Source: Auanema rhodensis (Eukaryota > Animalia > Nematoda). Taken from it: a DNA stretch of 64,000 nt. The translations under genes and the position numbers were made by a program. The stretch's first letter is position 1. Each line of letters starts with the position of its first letter. The stretch is taken from assembly GCA_964057225.1 (NCBI GenBank), contig OZ059896.1:8928001-8992000 (forward strand). Reading direction: 5' to 3'. The notes beneath the pieces are model-generated. The model did no database searches and had not been told where the DNA came from. It saw only the letters and a list, made by a program, of their open reading frames with translations. This document shows, one piece after another, positions 1 through 14,926 of the stretch.

Positions 1-3000
1 TATAGTGTTTCATGTGAAATTTAAAATTTAAAATATGAATAGCAAGCTGTTAGAATGGATCTGAAAGACAAAACGCATTTGATACACGCCTATCATGCCC
101 ATTTCAGAACCATCATCATCGTTATGTGGTCACAGAATGTGGTCCATTAGGAGGGAAGGAGCAGTGGGGTCAGACGGGAGAGACGACGACGACGGCGACG
201 ACGACAAAGAATAAGACTTGAAGACCTATAGATGATGAAGCTGATGGCATCAGAGTGAGAGCAGAAAGTAGAGATGTGTGAGAGAGAAAGAGAGAGTTAG
301 AGGAAGAGGGAGAGTAAGGGACGGGAGTACTAAGGAATTGTGGAAGTGAAGAAGCATTCAGATTGAACTCTAATGAAATGATTGTGAACGAAAGTGCCTA
401 ATCAGGAGAAAGATGAGCGAAACACTCTTGATATCCGCGTTGTCTCCTAATTTAGTCAGAAGACATTAGATCAAAGAGCACCGACTGATGAAGAAATTAT
501 TCTGAATTAGATAGACAAGACAACGACTATCGTCCGATTACTTGATCGATTTAAGGGTTTTCCCAGAAAAAACTGAAGAATGGCTGTGAAGCTAGTATTA
601 GAATACTGGCATGAAACATATTCTCAAATAAACCTAAACGTCTTTGCTCAAAGCTGACACAAGCTTGGCGGTCCATTTGCATATGGTTCCAGTCACTTGT
701 GCGTGACGTGCTTTTCCTTGTGTGCTGCATGAGTCTCTCGCGAACAACACACAAATGGCTTCTGCCAATCCAACATGTTGCATCTCTTCTCATAATTCTC
801 TTCTGTGTAACATCCTTTCCGCTATTCGCGAATAGTCACTCCTATTTGGCAGCTTAACCAGTCAAATTCATAGAAAGAATCTATCACGCAATCCCAACCT
901 CATGGCAAAGAAAAAGCCGAAAATGGTTCAACCTTACATATGCTTGTAGAAAGGAAATGGTCGGTTGGTGGAAGAGCAAGTAATTAGCTTTTCCCGCATC
1001 TGTGTCTGACGCTCTAAGTACTCTGGTTATGATGCGAGAAAAGGCAGATATTTCAAGCATATTAAGAGAGAAAGCAAATGGAAGAGAAGAAGATAGTGTT
1101 AATTGGCTGTAACTGCTCTGGGATCATTACTCTTTCTCTAAATCTGTTCGTTGACTATGCTTATTGATGGTTCATTCAAATCTACACGGACGCACACACA
1201 CATACACAAGGATGTAATTCCGTCAATTTCCTCCAATCAATTACTATAACTCTTGTTTCTAGACATAAAGGTGAATACAAATCATATAATGTTGTAAACG
1301 AAGGATCCGTATTGTGGAGATAGAAGGAAGAAAAAACAATTTGAAAAATAGTTGAAAACACACAAAGCTGACGAGCTTCATGGTCAGTCTCCATACCACT
1401 CCACGAGGTCATCTCATTTCCATTTTTACTTTTGTCTATACGAAACGATTCTTTAAATTGGGCTAGGAAATAAATCGAACGACATTTGACCATAATTAGG
1501 TGTCACAGTAGTAAAAGTTTTTACTGTTCTTTTTCAGTTTCATTTCATTCTTCTTGAGTTTTTCTTGCTAAGAATATCTAAATATTTTCCTTTTTTTTTC
1601 AGGAAAAAAAGGCATCTGATTAGTTAATTTATGCAAAAATGCCTTTATTTGAACTTATTTCAAAAATTTTCTAACCTAAGGCGTAAAGAACAAACGGAAA
1701 AAATTGAATTAGCTAGCAAAAGAAACAACAAAGTAAAATTGTTTTCACGGAAAAAGACAAAACATAGAAACGTATATGAACAATTGGTATGATAAAGTAA
1801 ATTTAAGTTTCATTCAAACAGAAACATCAACAATTTGCAATTTCTTGTTCCAACTTATAAGGTTGGTGTGTCTGTTATGCTTGTGTGGTCATCAAGACTT
1901 GAGCTCTCACTTGTCGACAAGCCGGAAATTGGCAATCGTCGGCTAGTTTTCTCAAACAGAAAAATCACAATGACGGTTTAAGATGATTTGTTTTAAAAGA
2001 ACAGCTCCTAAAAAGCTACTTCAAGATGTGTAGTCAAGCTTTCAATCCCGTTTATGAGCTCTATCTCAACCTTTCAAGCAGATATTCATTGAAGAATTCA
2101 AGATGAGAAGAGGATAATGAATAAAATTCAAATAGAAATGTATTATGACAATATTATCTTTCAAAATAACAATAAGAATAAGAAATTCAATTCACATCTA
2201 GATCAAAATTTGTGATTATAAAGGAAAAAAACCTTGAGGCGTTCAACACCTGTAAGCTCCGTCACAGGTCATGAAACAGTGAGTGGATCGTAGAGAGAAG
2301 GAAAATTTGCCTTTGACCACATTCTTACCTCCAGTTAAGAAGAAAAACGAAAGAAAGAAATATAGAATGGCCATTCAAGATTAAAACGATGAAATTTCTT
2401 TAAAAAAAAGATAAAGAGAAAGAGAAAGAGAGAGAGAGAAATGTGTTTGCTTTGGATAGATATCATATAAACCATGTCAGGACGACAAGTGAAATAGACA
2501 ATCAATCAAATAATTTTAGAAAAAATCAGCAAAAGAATAATAGCTTGATTGTATATATACAAATATAAATAAATAAATATAAATATATACATGTATGTAA
2601 TAAAGAAAATATTTAAATATTAAGAAATTAAATTCTTCAAATCAGAAACAATATCAGATGGAAATCGTTTGATGTTGCAACACATCTGGTACATCTCTAG
2701 ACTTTCAGCTGTAAATACTACATGCAATACATACAGAAATATAAAAATTTTAAAGTTTTTCTAATATTTGATATTTAGAGAAAGGGAATTGAAAGAAAGT
2801 TTTGAGTTTCTCATGAACTCTTCTTTGATTAATGAAATTTGAAAACACAAAAGAAAATGTTGGATATAAATGACATAACGATTTAAAATCTTTTAATTCA
2901 ATTTGACAGATTAAAAAAAAATTTTTATTCTAAATTCGATGTTGATATATGAAAAGAAGTGGAGGACAAAAACTAATTTAAAATATGATTGGATTAAATT

Positions 3001-6000
3001 AGTTTTTTAGAAGAAAAGTTTGAGATGTAAGGCAACTTTTAAAAAATTTTCTTTTTGAAAAACACTTATTGAAAAATAGTAAATTATGTGGAAAATATTG
3101 AATGAGATACAAATATCATATAGATTGAGTGAGTTGTGAGGACACTAGTAGAAGATAGTTAGTTCGACTGACTATATTAGGATCTACTATCCAGATAAGG
3201 TCATCTGACCCCCTGATGTGAGTGCTGATGATGAAGTTGGAAAGAAAATGAAAACCTTTCATTAGATGAAAATGAATAATATTTTTATATAATTTTTAGA
3301 AAAATAAGTTTAAGTTTAACTTAATTTAAAAGAAAAAAAAGTTATTGTTTGACATATAGATATATAGATGTCAGATTAACTAAAAGAAGACTAGTAATTA
3401 AGAGAAATTTAGATAGTAAAAGAGATTATTAAGATGAACATATTGTGAGAGAATAAGCTGAATATTCTTTAGGGAATAGAATATATAACCAAAATGATGT
3501 TTGAGTTATAATTTTAAGCAAATCATGTATTATGGATAACATCTGAATAACACCTATGATGTTAACGTTAAATTTGATGACATACACACTTTATCTTTTA
3601 CTATCTTTTTCTCTTTTTCTCTTAAGTTCCATTCAATTTATCGTCCAATTTCTTAACTTTTCCCAACCAAAATGACTGTCAACAAGACTAGCGTATCCGT
3701 TTCTGGTCTGGTTGTTACGCGACCCAGAAATATCGCTGGGGGGCTCACACCTTAAACATCCATAACCTTACTCTTTTGGCCTCAGTACATACACACTACC
3801 TCGAGAGTATATCTCACGGTGTTTCGTGATAGCGAGAAGATTGTTTTTCGAGTAATTAATAACTCACATTCTCTCACTCGTGATTCGTAACCTATTCGTC
3901 CTTTTCGAGAGCTAACTACCCATTCGATCTACTCTATCTATCTCTTTCTTCCTTTCTCTATTCCTTTTTCTTCTATACCTACATACACATATGTATATAT
4001 CTTATATGTATCTATATCAAAATTATACCGCGATCGTCTTAAGACCTAATAAACAGTCGAGGCGGAAGTTCATCATCTAACTGTGATTGACCGGACTTTT
4101 CGTGTACCTTTTTCTGGTTGAATACACTTCATCTATTATATTAGATTTATATCAAAAAATTTTAATTTTGTTACATATATTACATCCGTGATGTATCATT
4201 CATGGATAAATAAGTGATCAACAAATATATAATTTATATAATATTATAACTATATAAGATTACATTATCTTGGCTTTGACAGAGTTTGCATAAACTCTGT
4301 TCGTAAGACGAAACCTCAAGACTTCCGTTTTATGTTTTTTTTTCAGAATGCGAGATGTAAATTTAAGATAAATCAAATTGTATGGCACTGGCTCAATCTA
4401 CATTCGAATTCAATTCATATACGAGTTCATCTTCTTTAAATTCGGACAATTGAATGGTCACAAATCTGGGAAAGGTGCCAATTTTCTAAGTGAAAAGAAC
4501 GGATAAACTAGTCGATCCAGACGTTATGTCACTTTCTAATTCTGACTTACTCTCCTGCCTTCTCTCTTTTTTTTCTGTTGATTCACTTTGAAGGATGACC
4601 AAAAATAGCTGGTGTTCATTCTGATTTCTAATGGATTTCTAGATGACAGGTCCTGCCAGTCATCAGGACGACAAAAGCTGTGACGTTGAATGGTAACGAG
4701 AATAAGAAAAAGCAGGTAACGAGTAGGTAAAGAAGTCAAGAAAGAAGCTATACGAAACATCTTAAGAACTTACAAAGTAGAAAAGTTTCCATTTTTATAA
4801 AAAAATTAAGGGACGAATAACTTAGAAATAATTTCAAAGAATGATATACATATACTATGATTTGACATCTATGTTCTATAAAAGTACATATTTCTCTATT
4901 TTATGATAGAAAACGATTGAATTATGTTCTGATACTCAAATGTTATAAAGTCATTTATGAAGCATAATAGAAACTAGACAAGATTATTCGAAACCAAGCA
5001 CTTTTGAGTAACAAATTGAATTTGACGCTTCTCACCTTAAAAGGACAGTCAATTTAAAGATCTAAAGAAATTATAGTATCAAATAAATAAAATAAGAAAT
5101 TTTGACACAAGAGATTAAATTCTGAAATATATTTCAGTTTTCTTATATCAAAAAACGCAATTTTCTTTTGTTTATTAAGGAAATGTGCTTATAAATCCAT
5201 CATAGAATAAGTACTACATGAATACTTTCAACTAAAAATATGAGATTATTGATGTATTAGATAAAAGAAAAATTAAATATATAATAAAATATGTTTGTGA
5301 AGGCCATAATGAAGTATCGAATACAAAAATATAAGTTATATAACACCTTATGTAGGTTTGAGGACCATAAATGAAGGAACGATGAGGTGTAAAAAGGATC
5401 ATATACGGAAATTCTTTCGGGGAAATCTTTTATTTAAGGTTGTTAAGACGTTTCCTCGAATATGTGTTATTAATGAAAAATAAAGAGAAAAAACTAACGA
5501 ATATTTAGAATAAAAAAGAAATATATATGTATGTATATAATATTATAAAATTTATTTTATTTATATAAATCTAAATAGGTATAAACATAGTTATACTATA
5601 TTATCTTATTAAGTTAGTAGTTAGATATATATGTATGTATGTTTATACTATAAGATTGAAATACTATAAGATTACGGCAGAAAAAACAGGTGTTTCTAGG
5701 ATGAGTGCTAATATGAATTATGAAGATTACTAGTTTTGTCTTTTTTTTTCTTCTTCATTTATTAGCTTTCGAGAATATTTTCTTTTTTACAAAGAAAGAA
5801 ATAAAAATTAATTATATAATATATAAAACAATATTGTAATAAATTAATTTAATTATATATATATTTATATATACATAATTATTATTATATATATTTAAAT
5901 GATTAAGAATATTAATCTTTTCGTATAAAAATTTCATTAAAAGCAATCTGAATCACGGCTATTAGCAGCTGGATAGTGTGTGGCTTAAACCACTAGAGTC

Positions 6001-9000
6001 AGGAATGAAGGCTGAAGACAATCGTTGAATCGGATTGCTTCTATCGTTGTATTATATTGAGACTAACTGGATGAATATTAATCTTACCGAATAATAACGG
6101 CGAGAAATTGAAAGAATTTACAGGATTATATATATTGAAGAAGTTATATTAGTATAGATTTGTAGTAATTATAATAATATATTTTAATTTATATACAATA
6201 TGTTATAATTATTTTTGGTTATCGCGTAATTTTAGGAGATGGCATGTTTTTGTTTTAAGAAGAATACCAGCTGGATTGTTTAAATGAAAAATCTTTTAAT
6301 TATTAAAAAGAATAAAAAGAAATAAATGATCGCAAGATCAGTAAGATTTTGAAATTTTGAAGCATTCATCTAATGATTGAGGCCGTACAGTCATGAATGA
6401 AGGGAAATGGATGATGATGGGTTGGTCTGAAGGTGGTACGCAAGGAAACTGTGGGGTTTCGAACGCTAATAAGTGAGAAAAATGAAAAGATTTATAGATT
6501 GAATATACTAAATCGGAAATAAATATGTAATAAATCGCAAAAAAAATCAAAAAGAAGCTTAAATTCTTTTCACATTTTTCGTCAATTGTGCACGAACGAG
6601 AAAGTGTAGATAAGATAAGAAAAAACAAACATATTGACAGATTAACAAACAATCAGAAGATGTCAGATCTGATTTTTCTAATTGAATTCAAAATTCGTTT
6701 TCGGGGCGTGAAAAAGAAGAGGTGAGAAGCCAAAGAAATGTGAAAAGATGTCATTGTAGACGAACTACCTAAGCGACGAGAAGCAACTTGAGATTTGAAG
6801 AGGATCAATGTGCAAGATCTGTAACACTTAACAGGTTTTGTTTGGTTATTTCTTCTCCAAAAAAAGGAATAACATCATTTGACTGATAATAGTAGAACGA
6901 AAAAAATGAATGAGACTGTGATGTTGGCCTTGAAAATTAGATTGAATAGTAGGTTATGTTTATATTCGAACAAACACGCATATCTTACATTCTTTTCCGA
7001 ACATTTTCTATGAGAAAAAAGAAGAAAAAATAAACTTTTATAGCGAAATTGATAAGTTAAAGATGAGTATAAATACAAATTTTTATAAAAAAATGAATAT
7101 TATAGAAGATTGAAATATTGATCCATACTCAGAAAATGGTATTGATGCAAGTGTTTGGAAAAAAAAATGTATGACAAAGACGATTGTAAGAATATAGAAT
7201 AGAATTGAATGATGATAAAAGAATAAAATATAATAAATGATTACAAAATCTTTTTTTTTTCGTTGAATCAATGGGTTGATAATTATTTTTTTTAAAAATA
7301 AAAGAATCTTTAATTTAAAATAATTTTAACCACAATTATTGTGTAATTTAATTGTCAATAAATGTTTTTTTTTCGTTTCTTTTGAGAGAAATAGAGAATG
7401 TAACCGAATGCATGAGATATAAAAGTAATAGCTTTTAACATTTTGATGTGTGAAACAACTCATTATATCGCCAATAATCTTTGTAATTCATCGGCTTTTT
7501 TTTGGCAATTTAAATGATTAGAATACTTAATAAAACAATACAGTTTTATAATTAGTTTCTTATTTTATATGAGAATAGCTTTCTCTTTTTAAATTTATGA
7601 GTTTCAATCAGTGATTATATACATAAAACATTACAAAGATCAAATATACATGCGCATGTAGTTGTAACTTCAAATGAAATACACATGTATCTATTTAAAT
7701 ATAATAAAAAAAGAAATAGTTATATGATATATATAGTATACATATAGAATTTTAAATAATATACCGGATATAGTTTTAATCATTTAATTAATTATAAACA
7801 AGTTTAACTTTAGATAAAGATAATATAGTTTAAGAGATAAATTATAATCAAAGAAAACATATTAAGGTCAAAGAATATGGATGATATATTCATGAAACTA
7901 TCAAACCTCAGACTATTAACTAAAGAAGTTTTAAACTAATTATTATAAAATTAAGACAATATAACTACATATGTTCTGATCATTTCTTTTTTCTTGATTA
8001 AGAAATTACATGAAACTTAAGTTTTAAAATGTACACATCAGCACATCAAAATGACTTTTCTTTTGGAAAAAAAAAGATAAAACCTGCCGGGAATTTTAAT
8101 GGAGGTGAGTTGAAAGTGAGATTTTGTCTTTAGAAAAGAATTAACTCTTTTTACGATCATTGTCACTGAACGATGTTTAATTGAACTTGTCCTTTTCAAA
8201 CATTATAGAATTACAAATAGAAAGACCGTATCAGTTTTTTTCTTTAACTGAAATAAATAAAATTAAAATAAATTATCCTAATAGCTAAATGTACTTAAGA
8301 AATCTAAATATTAATTTAAAATATAATATAAGTTACATTTGAATAATTTTAAATATTTCTTGAAAAACTTTATTTTTGTAATTATTTAGTTTAAAACATC
8401 TTTTTTATGCAACATATTAGGTTGATTCATTTGAACATTCATCACTCATGATTCATAATCATATAGTTATGATCGACTTTAATAATTACTCTTGATTTTA
8501 ATTTATTATTTGTTTTAAATTAACCAACAAAACGTATGTAAAAACTTATATTTACATTTATATGTATGTATATATGTATATGAATGCCTTGTTTATGCCG
8601 ATCTCTCAACATCATGATGCTCATCTTCTACAATATGTCTTGAATCTGGTCACTTAAAGTGTAATATGATCTAATAAAAGTCCATTTCCATCTATGAATA
8701 TCTTATACTTGAATCCATTTGATGGTGTATTTTCTCGATTTGACTCAATATTTTACTCGAATTCAGCTCCATCTCTCACTATCTAATTCAATTCTCAACA
8801 AGATAGAAATGGTGAGATACATACGACATTAGAGAGTGAGAAGAGATGTGCAGAATAGAATGACAGAGAGAATGGGAGACGAGAAGCTGAACTGGTCAGA
8901 AAACGAAGGACAATTTCATCGTTCGGCTCAATTTCGGACTACAAGCTAGTAAGAAGCTGATTCATTCTGCATTCTTTTCGTTGACTAACCATAGAAAAGC

Positions 9001-9800
9001 AAATTCTGACTAATTCTAATATCGCTTGCGACAGCATGAAACATTCTTGTCACTTTAATATTATTGAAACATACATATATTTGTCGATAACCATAATTTA
9101 GAAGAATCCTTGAATCCATTTTTATTAATTAGTTGTTGTATAAACAATGTTCTATAAGTTAGTCTTGATTCCTATCAATGATTTTTGAAGAAAATGATGT
9201 AAAAATACCGAATTGATTTCTTTAATATTGCAAACAAAAAATATTTTTCTAGTTCCGTCGACTTCCAAATATTTTCAGAATGTTTTGTTGTTCTGCTCTG
9301 TTACGCATTTGTCTCGTTCTCTTCATTTTTCTTCTTCCGCTTTATCTTCTACGCTTTCCCAGTAGCTTCCATGAATATTGAAGAACTGCTGCAGTTCAGC
9401 TGGCAGTTTTAGATATGTTACCCCATCAGATACAAAGATATATTATGTAAGATATAGCAAAGCATGTCTTATAGAGACTCACGTGATTTTTTTTCTTTAC
9501 TTTCCTAAAATGTTTCAGTATTTATTCAAGGAAACTCGCTCTGTATATATGGCATTAATTCCAGTTTCAAACTATCACGAGAATTAAGATGCAATAGTTA
9601 TTCAAATATTATATTCATTCATATTTAGAAAATGTCTAATCTAGATTTCATATTTTTGAATTTAAAGTCTTTTACAATACAAGTAGTTTTTGCTCATTGC
9701 TTGATTTTTTTTCTTCAAATTGAAGGAATTATGATAGTAGCTAATTGATTGGGTGAAATTATCTTTTTGTTCAATCTAATACATTACATTCATGTTTTCT
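1..9800. other. Gene-poor, non-coding region (probably intergenic or regulatory DNA of a gene outside the window)
   Basis: No splice-able coding exons recognised. ORFs are low-complexity. AT-rich blocks alternate with short moderate-GC islands and (AG)n/(AT)n microsatellites, resembling the zag-1 upstream region. Confidence 0.55.
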
Positions 9801-9883
9801 TTTCTCTCTTAAAATATAAATAATGTAATACTTGAATTATAGAATTGTATTGTTTTACATTTCAGCAAAGTCAGACAAGAATT

Positions 9884-10166
9884 ATGAATGTTTATGCCAT
9901 TCCCAACTTTTCTTCTAGCACTTGCGAGTTTCTAAATGATATAGAAAGAGCAGAAAAAGTTTGTTTTCAATTATAACATGAATTATTTTAAGCTTAAGGG
10001 TCTAAGTGAAGAAGATAAGAAAACATTCAAGGATGAGATGATATTGTCTATAAGCGAATCATTGAAAGAGTTTGAAACGGTTTTTCAAGAAGTGTCTACA
10101 CCACCTACCAGTCCCTCTACGGATCAAGCTCCAACGTTTGAAGAAGAAGCAATTAATAAAAGTTAA
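9884..10166 (+). CDS. Small two-exon hypothetical protein (~80 aa, acidic), possibly the 3' end of a longer gene
   Basis: TTTCAG acceptor ends at 9865 and ATG is at 9884. Exon 1 reads MNVYAIPNFSSSTCEFLNDIERAEK. A GT intron from 9959 ends at AAG 9998 (40 nt; in-frame alternative at 9992). Exon 2 reads GLSEEDKKTFKDEMILSISESLKEFETVFQEVSTPPTSPSTDQAPTFEEEAINKS*. AATAAA near 10155 and 10240. Confidence 0.5.
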
Positions 10167-10451
10167 ACATATTCGACAAATCAATGCAGATATGTATAAT
10201 TGTATTTACGTCAAATGTTTTCTGTTAAACTCGATAAGATAATAAATGTAAATATTTATAATAAGCAAAAAAATATAAGTGATGACACTGTAACATTTTA
10301 TAAAATTTATTGTTAAACTTAGAAATAATGCACCATATTTTCATAAATTATTTAAATACTTGAATTATCTAAATAAAGAAATGAAATTTACACATAATTT
10401 ATAATATAAAGTATAATACGCAAATAGGTACGTGATCTGAGGGCGTTTTAT

Positions 10452-10481
10452 TTCGAACGGCGGAAAAAATTAATTTTCAAA
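10452..10481. promoter_or_regulatory. E2F-like and CHR-like (DREAM-type) elements upstream of haspin
   Basis: TTCGAA 10452-10457, GGCGGAAAA 10459-10467 and TTCAAA 10476-10481, about 110-130 bp before the ATG. Confidence 0.4.
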
Positions 10482-10585
10482 CTAAAGAAGCTTTCGGGTT
10501 ATTAACATAAAATTTGATTATTTTAGTGTCTTAAATAGAACAAGTTAATAATTATGTATATAGTAAGCCAGCTTGATTCAGGAAA

Positions 10586-13500
10586 ATGAGAAAAAATCCT
10601 CGATATGCGCATAGGACCAGGCCAAGCTCAATAGTTCCTAGGCTTGTATTCGATTTGCCTGATGTTCCTGAAGTACCAGATGTTGAGGATCAATATGATA
10701 AATTAGTATAGTTTTATTATGTTTCAAATGAAACCGAAACATTTTTAGGAATTTTTTGAATCGTTAATCCAAGAGCCAATTCCTGAACGCGATGAGCCTT
10801 TATTTCCAGCAACACCTGTGCATAATCAGAAGGTATTTAAAAGTTTATATTAATTTTATTCCTTGTTATCATACAGAAGAGTCGGAGAAAACAAAAATTA
10901 GAAGATCTGATAGAATTTTCTTCGGATGAGGAAGTGAGTGATGTTGAGCAACCATCTGAGGAAAGGGCAGTTGAAAAGCAAAGTGAAGAAAATGAATATG
11001 ACGCGGAGATAAAGCGCTTGCAAAGCGAGGTTTTATTATTTAATATAGAAATATTTATTAGATTATTTTTTTCAGTTCGACGATGACGAAAATTTTTCAT
11101 TGCACATTGAAGATGCCGATGGAAATATTTTAGTCCTAGTATGCATATTAAATAAATGGTTTTGATAATCGAACCTTTTTTATAGAACAATGGTTTATTA
11201 AAGAAAGCATCTGATGAAGATATGAAGAGGAAGGAACGACGAAAAGAAAAGAATGATGTGAAAAGTGCTGCCGTCGAAAATGTCGATGAACCTCTTTCAT
11301 CTCAAAAATCAAGTCCCCAAAATAATGACTCCATCGAACCAGTGATCCCAACAACAGTTGATAAACCAAAGTCTTCTAAATCTAGGTACATTTTTAGAAA
11401 ATTACTATATGAACTTTTTTTTTCAGAAATACTAGGTCCAAATCAAGTCGCCCGAAATCAGTTGTAGCGGCCGAGGCTCTTGGAATTTTGCGACATTCGA
11501 TTATGACAAGTAACATAAGTAATAATAGCATGATTATTAGTTTTTGAATATTTAGCTGCTAAAAGAGTCACGGTTGGGAAAAGTCGTATCGTATGCTCTC
11601 CTGCTAGAGTTTCTAGAATTTCTGTTGCAAATGCAAAACAAGTTAAAGTATTTACGTCAAATGCGGTAGCTTTATTCAGGTCATTGATAGTATATTAAAT
11701 TTTCAGGAAACACCTATTCGTAATGTTAAAAAAGTTAGAGACAGCTTGAATTGTAAGTTCAATATATAACCATTTGTAATTTCACGTTATTACTTTAGTA
11801 CCCATGTTGTCACCTATTCGTCGAGATTCTCAATTGTTTGACAATTTCCCCGCTTTGAAGAATGTAAATTACCGTTGAATTATTTTTATAATCTTTTTTT
11901 TTGAAGACAGTTTCGAAATTGATGCCTCAGATGTGCTCCACTCCTGTGCAAGATAAAGATTCGGGCGCAGTAAGAGAATTTGTTTGTTTCATTAATTTCT
12001 TTATCTTCCAGATTTCACGAAACGTGAATTCGGTTCGCCTAAGCATTCCAGCTTTCGATGAAACAATGAATGAAGCTCTAGACCCTACTGTTTCTGATAT
12101 TAATTCAGATATTACTCAATCATCATCGAAGCACGAATCTGGTGTTTGTTCGCCTTCTACACAAAATACTAAAATGCCAGAGCAGACATTATGCGTGTCC
12201 GAAGTACTGAAAAAAAGTTATACAAAAAAATTATATTTTTTAATAGATTATCCCATTCGATAATACTCAAAGTTCATCACGGTCTAACGATACAACAAAT
12301 ACAAGAAAGGCTGTATCTGAAACAAACGCCAGTAATGATGAAGTTTTCAAAACTCCTCTCATTGATAACTCGGTTACGAAATCTAGGTTACGGTAATGCG
12401 CACTAGTTTAAATATGTCTTAACACATAATTTTATTTTTAGCAGGTCCAAGTCTCAACGTTCATCTTCAGCAACACAATTTGATTCTACAAGGAAGCGAA
12501 AAACGTCTTCGGATGATAATTGTTAGCTGCTGTTTTTTTCTTTTTTTTTATAAACATAATTCAGACTCTACTGATAATACTCAAGCATCGGAAAACCCGT
12601 CCGATATGAGTAAAGAAAGAAGTGTAACTTCAAATGTAATAGAGGAAAAAATCGAAAACACAAGCATCAAACTTGACGATTTCGCTTTAACATCTTTCGG
12701 TAATTCCATGGAAGAAAAAGAAAATCAAGAAATATGCAACTTTACTGAGACTGCAGTGACTTTTAATAGTAAGCACTTATAATGCATGGCAATTAATCTG
12801 AATTTTTTAGATTACAATACTCTAATGTTAGGTGATAATGGAACTGAAATGAACCTAGGAAATACAACGAATCGTCCAGTCTTCAACAATATGACGAATA
12901 TGACGATGGCTTCTGTTTGTTTACTATTTGTAATTTGAATAAATTAATGATTTTAGGAATATGGGAAAAATGCTACTTTACTCAAGAGAAATGTTACTTT
13001 GATAAGAGCTGACTCAACTTTGAATGGGTCTAGAATAGTAGGATTATAGTTAGCTATAGCTAAAAAAATAGTTTTTAGTTTCCAAATATTCCATTTTATT
13101 TGGACAATTATGCCGGTGATAATTCTTCTCTTAGTCAATTGCTGCATATTATTGACCAAGACCAAATAATCGGTTGGAATGATCTACCTAAAGAGTATTA
13201 TAGTGTTATATAAGTTCAAATTTAAAATATATTCTATAGGATGTTGGAAAAACCGTTGAAGCTTGGTGAAGGTGCGTATGGAGAAGTATTCAGAACATCT
13301 TTTGAGCGGAGGCCCACGGCTCTTAAGGTTTTGTGACATTTATTCGGTTTATTCTCTTTTTTTTTAATTTTAAGATTATGCCAATTTCTGCCGAAGCAAC
13401 AGAAAATCGTTTGGTTGTCAATGGAGAATTTATATTTACCGCTGAAGAAGTTTTACCGGAGGTTAGACTATTGTTCATTTTGTGTCTGAACTGCAAACTT

Positions 13501-14625
13501 TTCAGGTTTTAATTACCAAGCTGTTATCAGGTTTAAATAATATGAATAATCAGTTTAGTACACCAAACTTCATTGAACTTTTGCATACTCGAATTGTGAG
13601 AGGTATATATCCTGAACTTTTATTAAATATGCAAATATTACATTATAGGAAAATATCCTCTAGGTTTTTTAAAAGCATTTGATAAATTTGCAAAGAATAA
13701 TGAGACCTATAACGATCGACCGTCAGAATACCATACAGACGATCAATTATTTTTGATTTTAGGATTATCGTTAGGTGGCGGTGATTTAGAAAAACAAATA
13801 GTACGTTTATGCTTTTTGTTCATTATTGAAGTTTTTAAAATAGGTAACCAATGAAAAACAATTCATATCTCTTTTCTTTCAATTAGTATTGACACTTACA
13901 ATAGCCGAAAAGGTAAAAATATTTCAATTGTTCAAAGTTTCAGTTAACTTTATAGACTCTCGAATTCGAACATCGTGATTTACATCTGGGAAATTTACTG
14001 CTAGAGAAATGTAATAATAAAGAGAAATTGCAGTACGTCATGGTTCTTATTATTACGTTTTCATGATTACCTTTTTGCAGATATAAGTTTGATGGAAATG
14101 ATTTTTGTTTATGTACACATGGGGTAAAAATCAAAATAATAGATTTTACATTGAGCAGACTTAAAAAAGGTTTCTACAGATCATTGATCTGAATTGTTTT
14201 TTTTTATTTTTAGATGGAATTACTCTTTATAAAGATTTGGAATCTGATGCTGAATTATTTGAAGGAAAGGGACTTTATCAATACGACATATACCGGATGA
14301 TGCGAAAAGAGAATAAGTAGGAGTTTCGTTAATGTTTCTTATTTTGATATTCACTTCTAGAGGTGAATGGAGTGACTTCGAACCGAAAACAAATTTGTTC
14401 TGGCTTCATCATTTGGCTTTTGAACTGCTTACAAAGCAGAATTGTCCGAAGATCACTAAAAAGAGGAAGCAGGTATCTTTTTTTTCAGTTTTACTTAAAG
14501 CGTGATAATGTATGTAGGAACTTATGCTTGAAATGGATAAGCTTCTAACGTTGGAGTCAGTTACCGACATTTTAACTAACGAAAATTTTACTTGGATGGT
14601 GCAAAATGTACTTGAAAAGGTATAA
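10586..14625 (+). CDS. hasp-1: Haspin-family atypical Ser/Thr kinase (histone H3T3 kinase), many short introns
   Basis: Spliced translation gives KLGEGAYGEVF, FEHRDLHLGNLL, IIDFTLSRL (haspin DYT-type motif in place of DFG), LFEGKGLYQYDIYRMMRKE and WSDFEPKTNLFWLHHL. The long, disordered S/T-P-rich N-terminus includes an S-T-P motif (MCSTP, ~11931-11945). The exact C-terminus and hasp-1 versus hasp-2 orthology are uncertain. Confidence 0.93.
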
Positions 14626-14926
14626 GCATAGGGAGTGTTGCAATGTCCTGGTCAATACTATCAGTTTGTATATATTTCTAATTTTTTTATTGATATATTT
14701 ACTTTTAAACATCCAACTCCGGATATTTATTCATGATGCCATAATTATTATTGAAAAAAATTATGATTACATTCATTGTTTATATATAACTTAATAAAAC
14801 TAATATAATATGATTTTTTTTACTTTTTGGTGGCGATCTTTTGCTCCACCCACCCAATCAAATTAGAAATTTTCAGACCAAACGGGTATCACAATTTTTA
14901 TTCAGTGAAAGTTAAAAAAATATAGT

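Noticed and set aside
551-793. 80-aa minus-strand ORF
   Set aside because: No domain similarity or splice context; the block carries TF-like motifs (e.g. ATTTGCAT) and looks regulatory.
9273-9380. TTTCAG|AATG followed by a short hydrophobic ORF (MFCCSALLRICLVLFIFLLPLYLLRFPSSFHEY*)
   Set aside because: The hydrophobicity follows from T/C-rich low-complexity sequence, and there is no supported splice to the 9866 exon.
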